A stretch of 63,261 bases of DNA, filler included, from Phoronis australis (taxonomy: Eukaryota > Animalia > Phoronida), in the NCBI GenBank assembly GCA_002633005.1. It is 5 parts of 5 records of this genome, joined end to end, with 100 filler letters (N's around TTAATTAATTAA, not from the genome) between each part and the next. Parts side by side here need not be neighbours in the genome. Positions count along the whole stretch, not along the records: positions 20,630 to 50,711 come from NMRA01000488.1; positions 50,812 to 54,738 come from NMRA01001718.1; positions 54,839 to 59,693 come from NMRA01002473.1; positions 59,794 to 63,261 come from NMRA01001183.1; 1 more part is not named here. One strand, 5' to 3'. Under the pieces are notes generated by a model, which saw only the letters and a list, made by a program, of their open reading frames with translations, searched no databases and had not been told where the DNA came from. The number at the start of each line of letters is the position of its first letter. The first letter of the stretch is position 1. Shown piece after piece: positions 50,619 through 62,966 of this stretch. Both the position numbers and the translations under genes were made by a program.

Positions 50619-53600
50619 TAGACCGGGATCCCAGGGCTTTTTTGGGCATGAAAAGGTAACCAATTTTCTTTGGTGCCACAGTGCTCTATGGGTATCCTGA
50701 TGCTTGGAAATNNNNNNNNNNNNNNNNNNNNNNNNNNNNNNNNNNNNNNNNNNNNTTAATTAATTAANNNNNNNNNNNNNNNNNNNNNNNNNNNNNNNNN
50801 NNNNNNNNNNNTGAAATGGCTGGATTTCTGCACCTACATATACAATTAGTAGCATGCGCGCACCCGCCCTAAATTATAGGGGGCTCTTCGGTACGCGGAC
50901 CTTTTTCTGAAAAAAATCTACGAGGACTAAAAAAAAACAAAACAGGACCACTAGGTGCCGACCTACGAATTTTGCAACTGCGCTGAATTCTTGTAGACTT
51001 CGTGGGCCTTTGTATCGTTTGCTCGGACTTTTTGTTTCATTGAGGCGAATTTTTTTGCCCTATTCGCCAAATTGGGGAAGCTTGTTCAAGTCCCCAGAGC
51101 CCCCTCTGGGTGTGCCCGCTAGCAGGTAATATTTTTGATTTTTGTGTAGCGAACCTTCATTGATTTAATTAAAGAAAAGTCAGCTAAAAAGTTTTAACAT
51201 GTTAATTGCTCTGTATCCGGAGGTATTTCTACACTCGCTTAAGAACCGCTGTCGTTCGGCACGTACATGTACATGTAGGTTGCTATACACTCAGAAAACT
51301 TAATGTAGACGGTCCTTGCAATGACGTGTGCGTGACGTCAAATGCACCGCGTTTGTTAGCCGTAGTCCATTCATGATAGCACTCGAAGAGTTTATCTTTG
51401 GAAAAAAACACGAAGGCCGCAAAGATTAATAGACTCTTGAGAATTTCCAGATCCACGAGTTCTCAAATGAAAGCGTAAAGTTTTGGTGACTTTTCACCAA
51501 TATGCGTGTGTACAATCACCTCTTCGTACCCGTTGTAGGTGCCAGGCCCGAATGGAGTAAAGAACCAGAACCAGCTCCTAATCAAAACAGAAAATGTCAA
51601 TTAATGAAAGAAGTCTGCAGTACACGTGTATGCAAAAATGTCACGTGCATGCGTTGCTCTCTACGCCATCTTGTCGCTGAATTATACTACCGTAAGTTGA
51701 TGGCATGAGTTGCTAATTTTTGAGCAGGAAACATGACCAGAACAGAGGGTGATCATTTTATGATCTAGGTATGTTTTTAAACTATTGTGTAGGTCGCACA
51801 TTCCACAATTCGTCAAATTTCTGTGACAACCGGCGCTTACAAAAACTGCAAGCAAAGCCAGCACTTTTGAATAGCAGTAGTTTGTGACTGGTCCAGAACG
51901 GTGCTATTAAAGGAGAATGCCGCCCAAAAACAACCTAATTTGTATCAATGTAGATCGAGTAGTTCCACACGATAACAGAAAGTACAGCTCTTTAACCTGA
52001 CACTTGACGGCAGACGGAGGTGTTGAAATTAACCCATGACGTCAGAGGTTCGAATGCAGTCTGTTCAGCAGTTCACAACACTCTTACTGGCGTCAGCTTA
52101 TCTCTTGAATTCATCGTTTTACATCACAAATACATCATCAAAATTCGATGTAAAACCCTTACAAATACATCGATTTATTGAAAAGAAGTTTTATTTTATT
52201 TCGCTGGTACGGATTTTAGGTATTAGAACGTACCGTATCCTACAAAGTTCGGTAGGGCAATTTACCAAGGTCGGTCGCGGAAGTTTGGGGTCTGTTCCGT
52301 GATAACGTCAAATTATTCGTCCGTGAAATACAAAGAACAGAGGTGTGTGTTGTAATTTTAGACTTGCGATTTTTTTCAGTTTTGAACACACAAAACGCTT
52401 GCTATCCCGGCTAGTGGCTCGGAACCCGTTCAGGCCCATAGCGGCCGGACTGAAGACATCACGAACATAAACCAGCCAAAGTTCGAAACTAAACTTCCAG
52501 TCATGAAAAGACTTTACTAGTGAGCCAAAGAAAAAATGCGCACGTAATTATTTTGGTGAATTCGTCGCGAAACTGCAAATCTATTTACAGTACTAGCTCG
52601 TCGGGGGCCGCGAAGTCAGGTTACCCACAGAACCGTCAGGGCAAAAGTTGAACAGTAACAATGATTCGAATATTGGGTATATGAATACCTAAATAATGAT
52701 TCCCCTTACATCTGACCATAGGTTATAAAATCGAGTTATTTTTTCACAACAGCTTTCTGTCAGCAAACAAAAAATTAGCATGCACTCACGCGGCCTTGGT
52801 GCTCGGTCAGTTAGTTTGTTGCATCTAAAGCCGGTAACACAGTGATACATGTATATTCATTGCTGGCTTCTCAAAACATTTTGCACTCACGAACACTCCA
52901 AGGCATTACAAGTTGTATCTAATGAGACTTCAGTTTTATATAAGTATCGGTTAGGGAGAGAATAATTTATTTTGAACAGAACGCACAATAATAAACGTCG
53001 ACGTGGCAACTCGCAATCCCGACTTAGACGAGTGCTCATCCGACGAAGACTTCACTGGTCGATCGTTAGGTTTTACAGGCTATCACTTCGAACCGGAATA
53101 CACTGATCAAGAAATAATAGAGAGGCTCTGTGAACGTGCACAGACAACGGAACATATGGATAGTTCCGAAAACCGTTTGAATGGCTTGTCATGGTGTCAG
53201 TGAGCTAACTGCACAATAGTGGAAACGACACAGTGACGCTTGCGTTTGCTGCCACGAAATGCCGCAAGTGAAACGCCATCTCACGGACCATCCTGAGTTT
53301 GCACCGCATCTAAACAGAGGTGAGCTAACGACGTTTTTTGGGGCTGAGAACTGAAAGAACTGACGAAAACATCCTACACCCAGAGGACCAAACAGAAGCC
53401 TCACGAACGAGTCAGTCATCAAACAGGTTATGTAAAACGCTATGTTCTCACGCCTGGATTTAATTGTAATTGTTTATGTTTTCATGGCTAACTACAATTC
53501 TCCATAATCAAAAAACTGATCAACAACCGATAAGACGAAATGCTGGCCACTGACAGACACGGAGAAGTTTCATGGCGTCATACTTGGTATTAACGGCATA

Positions 53601-55090
53601 CTTTTCATTCTTCATTACCGCGAGCCACTTCCGAAGCATTTTGGGCTCTCGAGGAAATAAAAAACGACCTACCCACTTTCCTTGCATCTTCATACATGTA
53701 CATGTAGTTGGCACAAGAGGGAACGGTACACCACGCCATAGCGGTACTCAATCTGCAGAAGAACCACTGACGTTGCTGCGTCGTTTCTCACCTTCCTCAC
53801 ATGTTAACGCGACACCTCTCGGCGAGGTAAGATCTACCGTGTACGAGGTGATGAGTATGTAGACCGGTGGTAGTCTGCTTTAATGCAAGGTCTTCTTTTC
53901 AATATTGCAAAATTTTTACGAAAACGGTTACGTCTTTGTAAAAATTCAATCTAGTAAATGTAGGTGGACACGAAGACTTTGTGCCAGTCGAAGTGTGCGC
54001 AGTCCAAATCCACTAGTCCAGACCCGAAATCACGTACTAGGGAAGTATATCCGGAAATCGCCTCACCCTATCGGGATTTGCGGTCTCCTAAATTCCCAAT
54101 TATATCACTTCACTGTTGTGCAACCCTAAACCTATCCACTGTATGTGTATAAGCGCCCGACGCTTAGCTTAACGCGATGTTGCATGTAGCGACTTGTCTG
54201 ATGAGGTCGCCAAGTATGATGTCAAATTAGGCGACAAAAACGCTTGACGAAGTTTCAGGTTGCCGAAACCGAATCCGGCGTGGGCGACCAAAATTAAAAA
54301 AATGTTGTGCCGGACTCCGAAAGCTTACGTACAGCTCTTCAAATTTTCCCTGCAATCAATTTTTACTATTTCTCCTGCCAACCCACTCGTCACCAAATTG
54401 AGCTCTGTCTATTGCTTACTATGTTTCTGGTGTAATACATTTTTCACGGGAAATGACTGCCTATTTGATTGGAAACTTTATCGCGACTACGTGGGACTGC
54501 ACTATTATACATGCTGCATTGAAACAGGATACCGGCAATAGATATCAACCTTCACCTACATGTACACTCACGCAACGACCACTTTTCATAATGCAAGTCA
54601 ATTTTACCGCACACATCCTCAAACAGTGTCGCAGGCAAACGTTTGTGTGATATTTATTCATAATGGTTAATATCGAAGGAGATTTTGACTTAATACTAAT
54701 GTGTAATTTAATTAATTTGATCACGTGACCATAGCTTTNNNNNNNNNNNNNNNNNNNNNNNNNNNNNNNNNNNNNNNNNNNNTTAATTAATTAANNNNNN
54801 NNNNNNNNNNNNNNNNNNNNNNNNNNNNNNNNNNNNNNAAATTGTCTGGCAGTGACCAATTTTGATACAATGGATGACGTAGCAGGTACTGAAGGCAGTT
54901 TTAAGTGGTTACCAGAAAAGTTGATCTAGCTCAATTTTTTAGTGTAATTCTCTTGGCTCCCCTGACCACACCCACCAGAGCGAACCTGCCAGACGGCCAT
55001 TTCAAGCATCAGGATACCCATAGAGCACTGTGGCACCAAAGAAAATTGGTTACCTTTTCATGCCCAAAAAAGCTCTGGGATCCCGGTCTA
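50619..55090. mobile_element. Academ-like element: long TIRs starting TAG, 3-bp TSD TCA, spanning two assembly spacers
   Basis: 50619-50711 is a near-perfect reverse complement of ~55000-55090. TCA occurs at 50616-50618 and 55091-55093. Confidence 0.6.
51911..53879. mobile_element. Kolobok DNA transposon, internally deleted (copy 2)
   Basis: TTAA|AGGAGAATGCCGCCC ... GGTGGTAGTCTGCT|TTAA, colinear with copy 1. KolX-like remnant from 53003 (+; YHFEPE..RL..LSWCQ..CVCCHE). THAP remnant from 53739 (-; MAWCTVPSC..FP..KW..VC). Confidence 0.85.
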
Positions 55091-56000
55091 TCACAGCAGT
55101 TTAATGGATAATCTGGTGTAGCATTAAAATTTTACCTTGTCAACATTGAAAAATAACCCCGGATTGATTTACCGTTAAAAAGACCGTGGTCCATAGGTTT
55201 AAATTAAACGTGAATATCCCATGGAAAATATACCGTGGCTCAGCACATGAGTGACAAGTTAAAAAGTGTGCGGGTCAATGAAAAAGTGACCCTCGTTAAA
55301 GTTTTACACTTTCACATTTCTGACAGTAGGAGACTTGACAAGGAAGCTGACACCCAAAAGCAAAATATGCTGCCAGTGGGAATGTGGGAATTTTAATGCA
55401 ATTCTGTTCAGACGACCAAGAGAGAAACATGGCAGCGTCATTGTCATTCGAACAATACCTCAACGTTTACAAGAAATATTATCAAAATTTCTTTTTAATT
55501 TAAAATCTCTTTGTGTGAGTCGATTAAATCGTATACATGTGAAATAACTTACCGAAATTGCAAGACGTTTTCAGATCCATAACTAAATTACGATTTACCC
55601 ATGACACTTCAGTGGAAAATTTTAGCAGGAATGCGTCCCCGCCGTACAATGCAGTCCTTCACAAACAATACATGTGAAGAGTGTATTGTTTGATAAGCAG
55701 GGGCACAACACGGTGACGGTCAGGTGATAGTATTGTTTGCTCGCTGCGCATTCGTGAGGCATCGTTGAATAACTGCCGCGAAAATTAGATTTATTAGATT
55801 TACTATGCAGTTCAAAGTTTAACGCTATTGTTGTGGCTTATCTGCCAGGGTACCTTTTCACCACTATCCCGTCTTAACACCTTCCGCGCGCGTTACCACT
55901 GCTCTTTGTTCGAGGCACAAAAGCCCAGCTACATAAACTAATATACACTGCGTACAGTACCTTAACTTGACCGTGTGTCTAAACTCGAGTGTGCATTTCA

Positions 56001-58275
56001 ATGTCACCCACTGCTATTTCCATCGCACTGTTGCTCAGTCTCTCTGTGAGTGTTTTCCATGTGAGTGCGTGGTCTACGGAATGGATAGACAAACTTTACG
56101 GTGGCAGCAGCGAAGAAGAAACAGATTTGAAGTCGATCATCAAAATACTTAGCAAACCGCGAGTTCTGGACCGGTACAAGCCCTATAGAAACGTAAGTCT
56201 ACTTGGAACCATTCATGGTTGTCGTTCGTTTTGTAGCTATGCTGGATTTTGCTACCTGTAAACAGAAACTAAAGTACCTCTTCCCTCCGTTCTCAAAACC
56301 TGTTCAGTCAGAGAACAGCTGTAATTATAGAGCCCCGTTCACACACATCGTCAGCCGTAGACGACTTTAAAATCTACGGTTCTAAATACGATTCACAAGA
56401 ATGTTGGCAACTATACCGACTTCACTTAAAGCTATGAAGAGTTGTACACGATTTGTCAAAGGTGTTACATAATCAACTAGCCTACTACACTCTTTCACGC
56501 TCATGACCTCTCAAACGGGCACTTCCCCGGCATAATTTTTTCGGTCACAAGCCTCACGAGAAAGTGACGTTTTTACTGGTTCAGTCGGACTGTTACATGT
56601 AGTTCAACACTGACAGTACACCGCCATAAAAAGCAAATGAAAAAGTTCTCTGTCAAAATGAGTTTCGCTCGACCCCGTTTGAACGAGTGACCCAACTACG
56701 ATGGGGTGGGATTAACTATTGGCGTTTGCTGAGCTGTGCGTGAACTTGGAATCCTGCTTAGTCCCAAGATCGCATATGCGCTAATTAATTAACCTTGAAA
56801 TACACGATGAAACTTGACACTTTTACTTCAACCGACAATCACGAGCAAGTCGGTAGAAATTTGCACTGCTCTAATGCAAATTACATATTAATAAAATAAT
56901 GTGACTTTTAACCAACCTTGATTGGCTTTTTTCAACTATTGGAAATCTTATTCACCTAACAATATTCTCCGATTCTGTTACACAAGTTACGGTAAATGAG
57001 AAAATGAGTGATTGTGAGGTCAATAATAACAAAACAATCTTTACACTGAACAAAAAATTCAACTGATTAACTTAATAAATATTTAAGTTCAATTTCATGT
57101 AAACGTGATCTAAGTTGAGAATAAGCAGAACTCTAAATTCACGCACAGCAATTGCACCTGCTCTAGTACGATGTTGGGTTGGAGAGTACTTCGGATTAAA
57201 GTATAAGCCTGAAGTGTAGCACTGGGTAGAGTTCAGAAACTGTAGGACCTCGCTAAAAAGCAAGATTACGTGAGTTATTGTCGTGTATTTTAAACGAGAA
57301 CAGGTGATTTTGGTTAGATTTTTCTAGCTGCGAGACTGCTACTGAACTCTACGCTGTACTGCAAAAGTAGGCCATTTCAAACAGTTGCGTGCTTATCATT
57401 TCGATCGCTTACTGTCTTGCATCATCGTACTATTAAAGGCCCTGATCACACAGAAGCAGTGCACTGACCTGGGCCATCCGCACAGTTTACAAATAAATGC
57501 TAATGTTAAGTTGTTAGCTCGACTAATCATAAAGTCGTGCAACAAGTCATAAGACTTATTGCAAGATGGCGCCACCAATCACCTGGTGGCACGAGCAGAT
57601 GCACCACGAATCGTGGGACAGGTTGACGCACGATTATACTCGGCTGGTAGTGCGACAAGTCAGTTCTGGTGTTTCAATCTGTTTGCGAGTGTCTGCGAGT
57701 GAATAATGTCCAAATCGGTCTCAGGCGACGTTTGAATGTGGTCAAATATAACCTGACAATTTTTAAGCACTGCCAGATGCGACCTCCGCGATCAGTAGCA
57801 AGTGCTGTTCACGATTATCCTGCAAATCGTCGGCCAGTGGAGTCGATCGTAACCTGATCACGTCTTTAGTATGACCAGTTCCTAGTTGTTTTGAAATATG
57901 CCAGAATTTTAGATCTAGGAGAAAATAACTTATCATAAGAGTACCAGCCAAACAACCTCCCTCCCAAATAACATCTTATGCAGCAATATCTTGTAGCAAT
58001 TTCATTTTGTCTTCTTTTTGTGGTAGGCCTACCTGTCTGACGTGTTATAGACGATAATTTCTCGACCATTTTCTGTACTTATGTTCCATTTTTTCACCGT
58101 GCCGTTTTAGGGAGACAGCCCTCAGCTCCAGTTCCATTTCGATAACTGTGGTTCGTCCCAAGACAGTCTCCAGATATCCGGAGTCTCCGTGTCTCCAGAT
58201 CCAATCAAGCTCCCCGGAAACATAACCGCTTCTTTCACTGCAAAGATTCTCAAAAACATCACAGCACCACTTACG
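56001..58275 (+). CDS. GM2A: Ganglioside GM2 activator-like (ML domain) secreted lipid-transfer protein; exons 1-2, 3' part missing
   Basis: Exon 56001-56192 (ATG, signal peptide ISIALLLSLSVSVFHVSA, |gtaagt) and exon 58111-58275 (FHFDNCGSSQDSLQISGVSVSPDPIKLPGNITASF..ITAPL), resembling the GM2A FSWDNC..PDPI..PGNVT motif. Both junctions are phase 0. Confidence 0.88.
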
Positions 58276-58736
58276 GTATGATACACTGAGGTTGTTAACT
58301 GTTTTTTTTTGTTTATAATATTGTTATACTGTCGATAAAGCATATATTATATGTTGTGAATGGTTCTCTGAATTATTTATCATTTTGTTTATGTTGGCAT
58401 TCACAGCGAGCACGTGACGTTACTACATAAAAAATAATCGAATCTTCTGTCCAAGAAATTAAGAAAATAAATGTAACTCTTTTAAATAAGTTTTTAATCG
58501 ATCAGAAATCTCTGTCAATTAAAATGATTTTNTCACAGCGAGCACGTGACGTTACTACATAAAAAATAATCGAATCTTCTGTCCAAGAAATTAAGAAAAT
58601 AAATGTAACTCTTTTAAATAAGTTTTTAATCGATCAGAAATCTCTGTCAATTAAAATGATTTTTGGTCTACGATGAGAGAAGATGACATTTTCTAAAGGA
58701 AAAGCCTAGTAAAAAAACGAATTTCGCAAAATGGCT

Positions 58737-58838
58737 GAATTAGCAATACAGGTTCACGGTTGCACGTGTTGAATTAGTAATACAGGTTCACGGTTGCACG
58801 TGTTGAATTAGTAATACAGGTTCACGGTTGCACGGCTG
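58737..58838. repeat. Tandem repeat, 3 x 34 bp
   Basis: GAATTAGTAATACAGGTTCACGGTTGCACGTGTT at 58737, 58771 and 58805. Confidence 0.92.
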
Positions 58839-59485
58839 AAATGTCAAGTACTGTTTAGGTAGCTTTTCAGCGTATCATTTTTACTCACTACCTAAAGTAA
58901 AATGTGTGACTCAAAGGCGCAAACAACGACATCTCAAACTACCCACACCCACACAATGATTTACATGCCCCGAAAAACACCATCTAAGCCGTTAGCAAGT
59001 AAAATCAATGTCAAATAATCATTTATACAATTTTAACGAGGTTTGTCCTCCTGTCCAAAATTAGGCAGCTTCAAATCAATGCCAAGTGGCCATTCGATTC
59101 ATGTTAAGGCGATATCAATTTCTATTTTGAAAGATAAACTTTGGAGCAAGTTTGTTAGATCAAGTTTCGTGACTTCTATGTTCAAGTTGGGGGTGGACAT
59201 AAAATGTACGTTCACGAATCATCACTTTTGTGACGCTCGTTTCTCGACTAGACTTTTTTCTTCAAGCCGTATTCTTTCATCTTAGGAATTAAGATAAAGT
59301 TTATCATTTTTAGAGGATGACGAAATTATCATGATGAAGTTAAAGTACATATACACATTAGGTGAATTACCTATACATTGTACTTTATGGGAAAATTAAA
59401 AAATTGCTCATTATTCATCAAATTACAAAGTCTTGTCCACGCTGAATAGATACATGTGTTCATTTGTTCAATCCTAAGCTGTGTC

Positions 59486-59559
59486 TGGTGTTGTTGCTGC
59501 TGCTGTTGTTGTTGCTGTTGTTGTTGTTGCTGCTGCTGCTGCTGCTGCTGGCTGCTGCT
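59486..59559. repeat. (TGC/TGT)n trinucleotide microsatellite
   Basis: Seen directly; it produces the spurious poly-Q and poly-C ORFs. Confidence 0.95.
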
Positions 59560-60343
59560 AACGATAACATTGACGATTGGCGATGTTTGTGATGATAAAG
59601 CTAAGCTACTGAAGACTATAGGCCTATACACAATATCTGTGCTTTCTGTTCATCATTAAGGCTCAACTGGAGATAAAGAAAAAGATCTTGGGTNNNNNNN
59701 NNNNNNNNNNNNNNNNNNNNNNNNNNNNNNNNNNNNNTTAATTAATTAANNNNNNNNNNNNNNNNNNNNNNNNNNNNNNNNNNNNNNNNNNNNGGAACTC
59801 TGATTGAAGATATTAACTGCAGATAACACAAGGCTTTAACACAGTAACATTGTGTTGTACAATGATGATGATACCTGATACTTGTTATGATATTACAGCA
59901 TCCGTAGTCTATGGCACCACTCATTCACTCACACGTAGGGGTTGTAAGTATCAATATCAAACGTAATTATTTCACAGTTATTTGAGAAACTGATTTATTA
60001 GTACGATTACTCAATAAGAATTCTTGAGCGAATGTCAAAAAAGACATAACATAAAGCCTCTTTACTTCAATGAGCACAGTCATAAGAAAGCACTGCAGAT
60101 GGCAACAAATCTATTTAAAAACAGCAGGAAACACCATACTATTACAGTGAATAAAATCATGAAACTAAGAATTATGCCACCAAGTATTCACAGTGTTAAA
60201 ATAATGCACACAACTATGACTGCAAAGACAATGCAAGAATAGAAATGAGACGGAAGATTTTGAATGTACAGTTTTTAAAACCTGCACATGAGACTAATGC
60301 TTACAAGTGTCAATCTCGTGTCTACACAATATGTGTTCAGTAC

Positions 60344-62309
60344 CTGCATTTAACATAATCAACAGGGTGTTGCTGTATGTACTTCTTGATGGCCACTTTG
60401 ACAGCTCTTGTGGCAACACTTCTGTTTTCACGGCCTGCAGTCATTGAGAGCGCTACACACAAAAAACTCATACATTAGAGGCGTTGATATCATCCAGTCG
60501 GCAAAGGTTGATATTTAGTGAAATAAAAAAATAGCGAATACCAAAACCATTATAAAAACTCACATTACTTAGAATCAATTAAGTAGCAGCAGTTTGTAGA
60601 AAATGTACTATATGTAAACAGTCATGTACTACATGTAAACAGTCACGTAATATATGTAAACAGCCATGTACTATATGTAAACAGTCATGTACTACATGTA
60701 AACAGTCACGTAATATATGTAAACAGTCATGTACTATATGTAAACAGTCATGTACTATATGTAAACAGTCATGTACTACATGTAAACAGTCATGTACTAC
60801 ATGTAAACAGTCACGTAATATATGTAAACAGTCATGTACTATATGTAAACAGTCATGTACTATATGTAAACAGTCATGTAATATATGTAAACAGTCATGT
60901 ACTATATGTAAACAGTCATGTACCATATGTAAACAGTCATGTAATATAATTTATGTAAACAGTCATGTACTATATGTAAACAGTCATGTACNGTACTATA
61001 TGTAAACAGTCATGTACCATATGTAAACAGTCATGTAATATATGTAAACAGTCATGTACTATATGTAAACAGTCATGTACTATATGTAAACAGTCATGTA
61101 CTATATGTAAACAGTCATGTAATATATGTAAACATTCATGTACTATATGTAAACAGTCATGTACTATATGTAAACAGTCATGTAATATATGTAAACAGTC
61201 ATGTACTACATGTAAACAGTCATGTAATATATGTAAACAGTCATGTACTACATGTAAACAGTCATGTAATATATGTAAACAGTCACATAATATATTCATT
61301 TATCACAAGCTCTATGCACAGCCATGTTATTACCCCACTATGCAACACTAACACAACATGCAGACAGTTCATATTTCCATTCCCTTTTAATTACTTTTTT
61401 CTCTTAGCTTCAAATCAACAACTGTGATGAGACCAAAACTTGAACTGTTGGATCTGTTATGTGATTTTTTGGCAATAAGAATTCTTTTCCAAAATATTTA
61501 AAATCTCTCATACAAACACAAAAATTTCTTCATTAGTAGCGATTTTCACACCAATAAATACTTGTTTGCAGGAAAAAAAAACGCAAACAAGATGACTTGC
61601 ACCAATGAGCCTTTTGTTCCTCAAAATACTATTAAGATTTTAGACCATGACCATATTACTGAAGATTTCATACTTTTTAAAATTGTTTTTGTTAACAATT
61701 TAAGTTGTCATTTCATACTGAATTCTACCGGCAATTGTCTCAAATGTTTTTGGCTCTGAGTTAGCCATCTGTAGCGCCTTCTCTAGCAACAGCTCCAATC
61801 CATGGTAACCCAAGTGAACTTTAGCTTCAAACTCATACAGTAGAAGTAGCACTGCTGTATTGTCTTTAGACTTGGCTTCACCTGCAACATGACCAAATGA
61901 CAGCTGTTACCTAGGCAACAGACTGCTAAAGCATGCCATGAAAACTATGATCACTGTCACGCAACCACGTTAGATGAAGCTATATGATACTCTTCAAGGT
62001 ATAGCAAAAGGTACTCATTATGATCTAGTCTGTTACTACCAAAGATGATAGCATTCAAGTTTCACAATGTATCACTACTTAAAGTAACCTGAATAATGAT
62101 AGTACTAAATCAGACACCACCATGCATGGTTTCATTGACCATGTTGTATAATCAAATGACTATCAGAGAGCACTAACACTGAATGGTGACTACGCAGAGT
62201 AAATAGACTTGAACTGACCTGTCTTTAATGCTGAGTTCACTGCAGCAAGTTTTTCAGAAATTCCTTTGCAAGTTTCGATGAACCCAAGCACTTTGTGGAG
62301 AGTATCATC
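60344..62309 (-). CDS. TEX11: Testis-expressed protein 11 (meiotic ZMM protein Zip4/SPO22), three internal exons
   Basis: Exons 62309-62219, 61881-61729 (VLLLLYEFEAKVHLG..LE..EPKTFETIA) and 60452-60344 (ALSM..VATRAVKVAIKKY..PVDYVKC). Phases fit. LLLLYEFE and KTFETIA match vertebrate TEX11 as recalled. Confidence 0.88.
60603..61287. repeat. Minisatellite, ~32 x 21 bp (ATGTAAACAGTCATGTACTAT) in a TEX11 intron
   Basis: Seen directly; contiguous units with no spacers. Confidence 0.97.
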
Positions 62310-62714
62310 CTGTAGTAAAACAGATGTGAAATATAGCGCTTGAATACACACTCGAGACCGCGTGCCCACACGCACACACTAAAGTTTCACTTAAATGTTG
62401 CAGTGAATTAGAACAATATCATATTTTGATCTAAACCAAGACAAATTAGTTGCAATGCTTGCAAATAAAACAATAAGTTTCTACATTATTCAAAACTGAA
62501 ATAACTGGTGTCACAATATCTCATACAAGATATAAGACTGGAATGAAGCATTTCTTTCTTCAAACATCTGATTTGTAGACTTAAAAATAAACTGGAATGT
62601 TTTAGTGCAAGAGAGAACATTGACTGGCACTCCCAGAAAGTCAACAACTTAGTTGCCTAACTCTCAGTGTGCAGAGTCAATGTAAGTTACTCCTTTGCCA
62701 TTAACTGCCGTCGA

Positions 62715-62909
62715 TCTTGGTACTCTCTTCTTGGCACACTACAGACCACTTACATCTATATGGCCAGTCATACACAATCTTGGTACTCTCTTCTTGGCAC
62801 ACTACAGACCACTTACATTTGTATGGCCAGCAGTCATACACAATCTTGGTACTCTCTTCTTGGCACACTACAGACCACTGACATCTGTATGGCCAGTCAT
62901 ACACAATCT
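62715..62909. repeat. Tandem repeat, 3 x 63 bp
   Basis: Units at 62715, 62778 and 62844; the middle unit has an extra CAG. Confidence 0.93.
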
Positions 62910-62966
62910 AGAACACACAACACCACACCACACCCACAATTATGTAACCCAACTCTCCTATCACCC

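Noticed and set aside
58401-58663. Perfect 131-bp tandem duplication
   Set aside because: The copies are identical and separated by a single N, typical of an unmerged contig overlap.
59371-59659. Poly-Q and poly-C ORFs
   Set aside because: Trinucleotide microsatellite with no splice or homology support.
59794-59840. Possible next TEX11 exon at the gap edge
   Set aside because: No acceptor and phase combination gave a TEX11-like peptide.
60579-61351. Cys/His-rich repeat ORFs (CKQSCTI / HDCLHIV) resembling metallothionein; also considered as a CRISPR array
   Set aside because: These are translations of a 21-bp intronic minisatellite, with no spacers, no cas genes and a eukaryotic context.
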